Both the position numbers and the translations under genes were made by a program. Shown in pieces: positions 62,943 through 64,000 of a DNA stretch of 64,000 nucleotides; the stretch's first letter is position 1; each line of letters begins with the position of its first letter. Source of the stretch: Orbicella franksi (lineage: Eukaryota); assembly GCA_964199315.1 (NCBI GenBank), contig OZ116709.1:13516001-13580000 (forward strand), in the 5' to 3' direction. The notes beneath the pieces are model-generated. The model searched no databases. It was not told the DNA's origin and saw only the letters and a list, made by a program, of their open reading frames with translations.

Positions 62943-63597
62943 CGGCAGGTATATTTTGCAGGTTGCAGGTTGAAATTTAATTATAACTGGAAAACTGCTG
63001 GCACTTAAAAGAAACGTACAGGTGGTAGACGTACCATGACTGTTACATGACTCTGTTTACAATCACTCAGAAAGATAGCTTCCACCTAAGTGCCAAACTG
63101 GCCAAAGTGATGGGAGGAGAGTATATTCCTATGATTTTAGGCTTGCAATGAATTATTGTTTTTGAAGAAACATCTGAAATATCATCTGAAATATCTGCTG
63201 AATTTGGTTTCTTCCCTGTGAGTACCAAAATGAAAGCACTCTGAGCTTGTGCTAGTATATTCTGTCGGTTAAAATTTTATAATATTTCATTTCTTTATTT
63301 ATTTGCTTCATTTGTGATGGCAATCTTCTGTTGTGGAGGGAAGACCTGAGCCAAATCTGGAATCGATGGAAAAATCTGTGGAGCAGCCATCCAGATGGCT
63401 TTGAAGAGATTTCACTGGTCTCAGCATCTCGATCGATAAGTACTTATAGCGGATTGATCGTGTTTTCACTATGTGAAAGACGCAAACTACTTTATGTAAG
63501 AACCCCTGACAAGTATATAGGTTATTAAGTGCCAGCAGTTTTCCAGTTATAATTCAATTTCAACCTGCAACCTGCAACCTACAAAATATACCTGCCG
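62943..63597. mobile_element. TIR element (about 65-bp TIRs)
   Basis: CGGCAGGTATATTTTGCAGGTTGCAGGTTG...GCTGGCACTTAA versus its reverse complement at 63525-63597. Confidence 0.7.
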
Positions 63598-64000
63598 GTT
63601 TTCTGATGTGAGGGAATCCTTTACAGCAAAGCAAAAGGATAGATTGCTTTCTTTTCTTATGTTGAATGTTATGGAAGCAAAGATCTTTCACTATGTATTT
63701 CTGGAAGGACATAATGTCTGAGAAAATAACGGTTATTAAATGTCAACACAGAGAAACGTAGTCGCCATTATGGTAGCCTGTGAACCTAGACGTCTTTTCG
63801 GCTGTTGACTACACCAGAATTTTTGGTCGCCAAAGATGAAATTTTAGCCGCATTGGCGACTGTACCGGTTGCAACCAACTTCAAGCCTTTCAACAATGCA
63901 TATAACCAACTATTATGGATGGACAATAACTTGGTGTTGGCGATTGAAATGTTCGGACATCATGTCCGATCATAATGTGAAATTGGCTGGACATATTCAA

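Noticed and set aside
63190-63500. Exon-like segment as an upstream CLIP1 exon
   Set aside because: It lies inside a TIR element, and no frame resembles CAP-Gly or the CLIP rod

Overview
Eukaryotic genomic DNA, about 35-40% GC by eye. The gene content and the SINE/MITE families point to an anthozoan, probably a stony coral (inference). Two intron-containing host genes converge tail to tail. On +, the last three exons of a tectonic-2-like gene (827-3852). On -, 26 coding exons of a CLIP1/CLIP-170 (restin)-like gene (60773 to 16780). I checked splice phase at every junction; the exons join into one 847-codon frame ending in two zinc knuckles and DDEETF*, and the CAP-Gly exons lie beyond 64000. 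Between the genes is a ~9-kb chain of repeats: a decayed Gypsy integrase with PPT and an apparently very long LTR holding a degenerate 15/30-bp repeat, then an 18/15-bp minisatellite split by a 5'-truncated Penelope-like element, then a non-autonomous Helitron. The CLIP1 introns hold Kolobok-like, Sola3-like, Harbinger, Helitron (OTU), RTE, Gypsy, SINE and MITE insertions, plus one 167-N gap. Most entries in the supplied ORF track are artefacts of repeats or introns. Protein similarities are from recall of family motifs, not from database searches.
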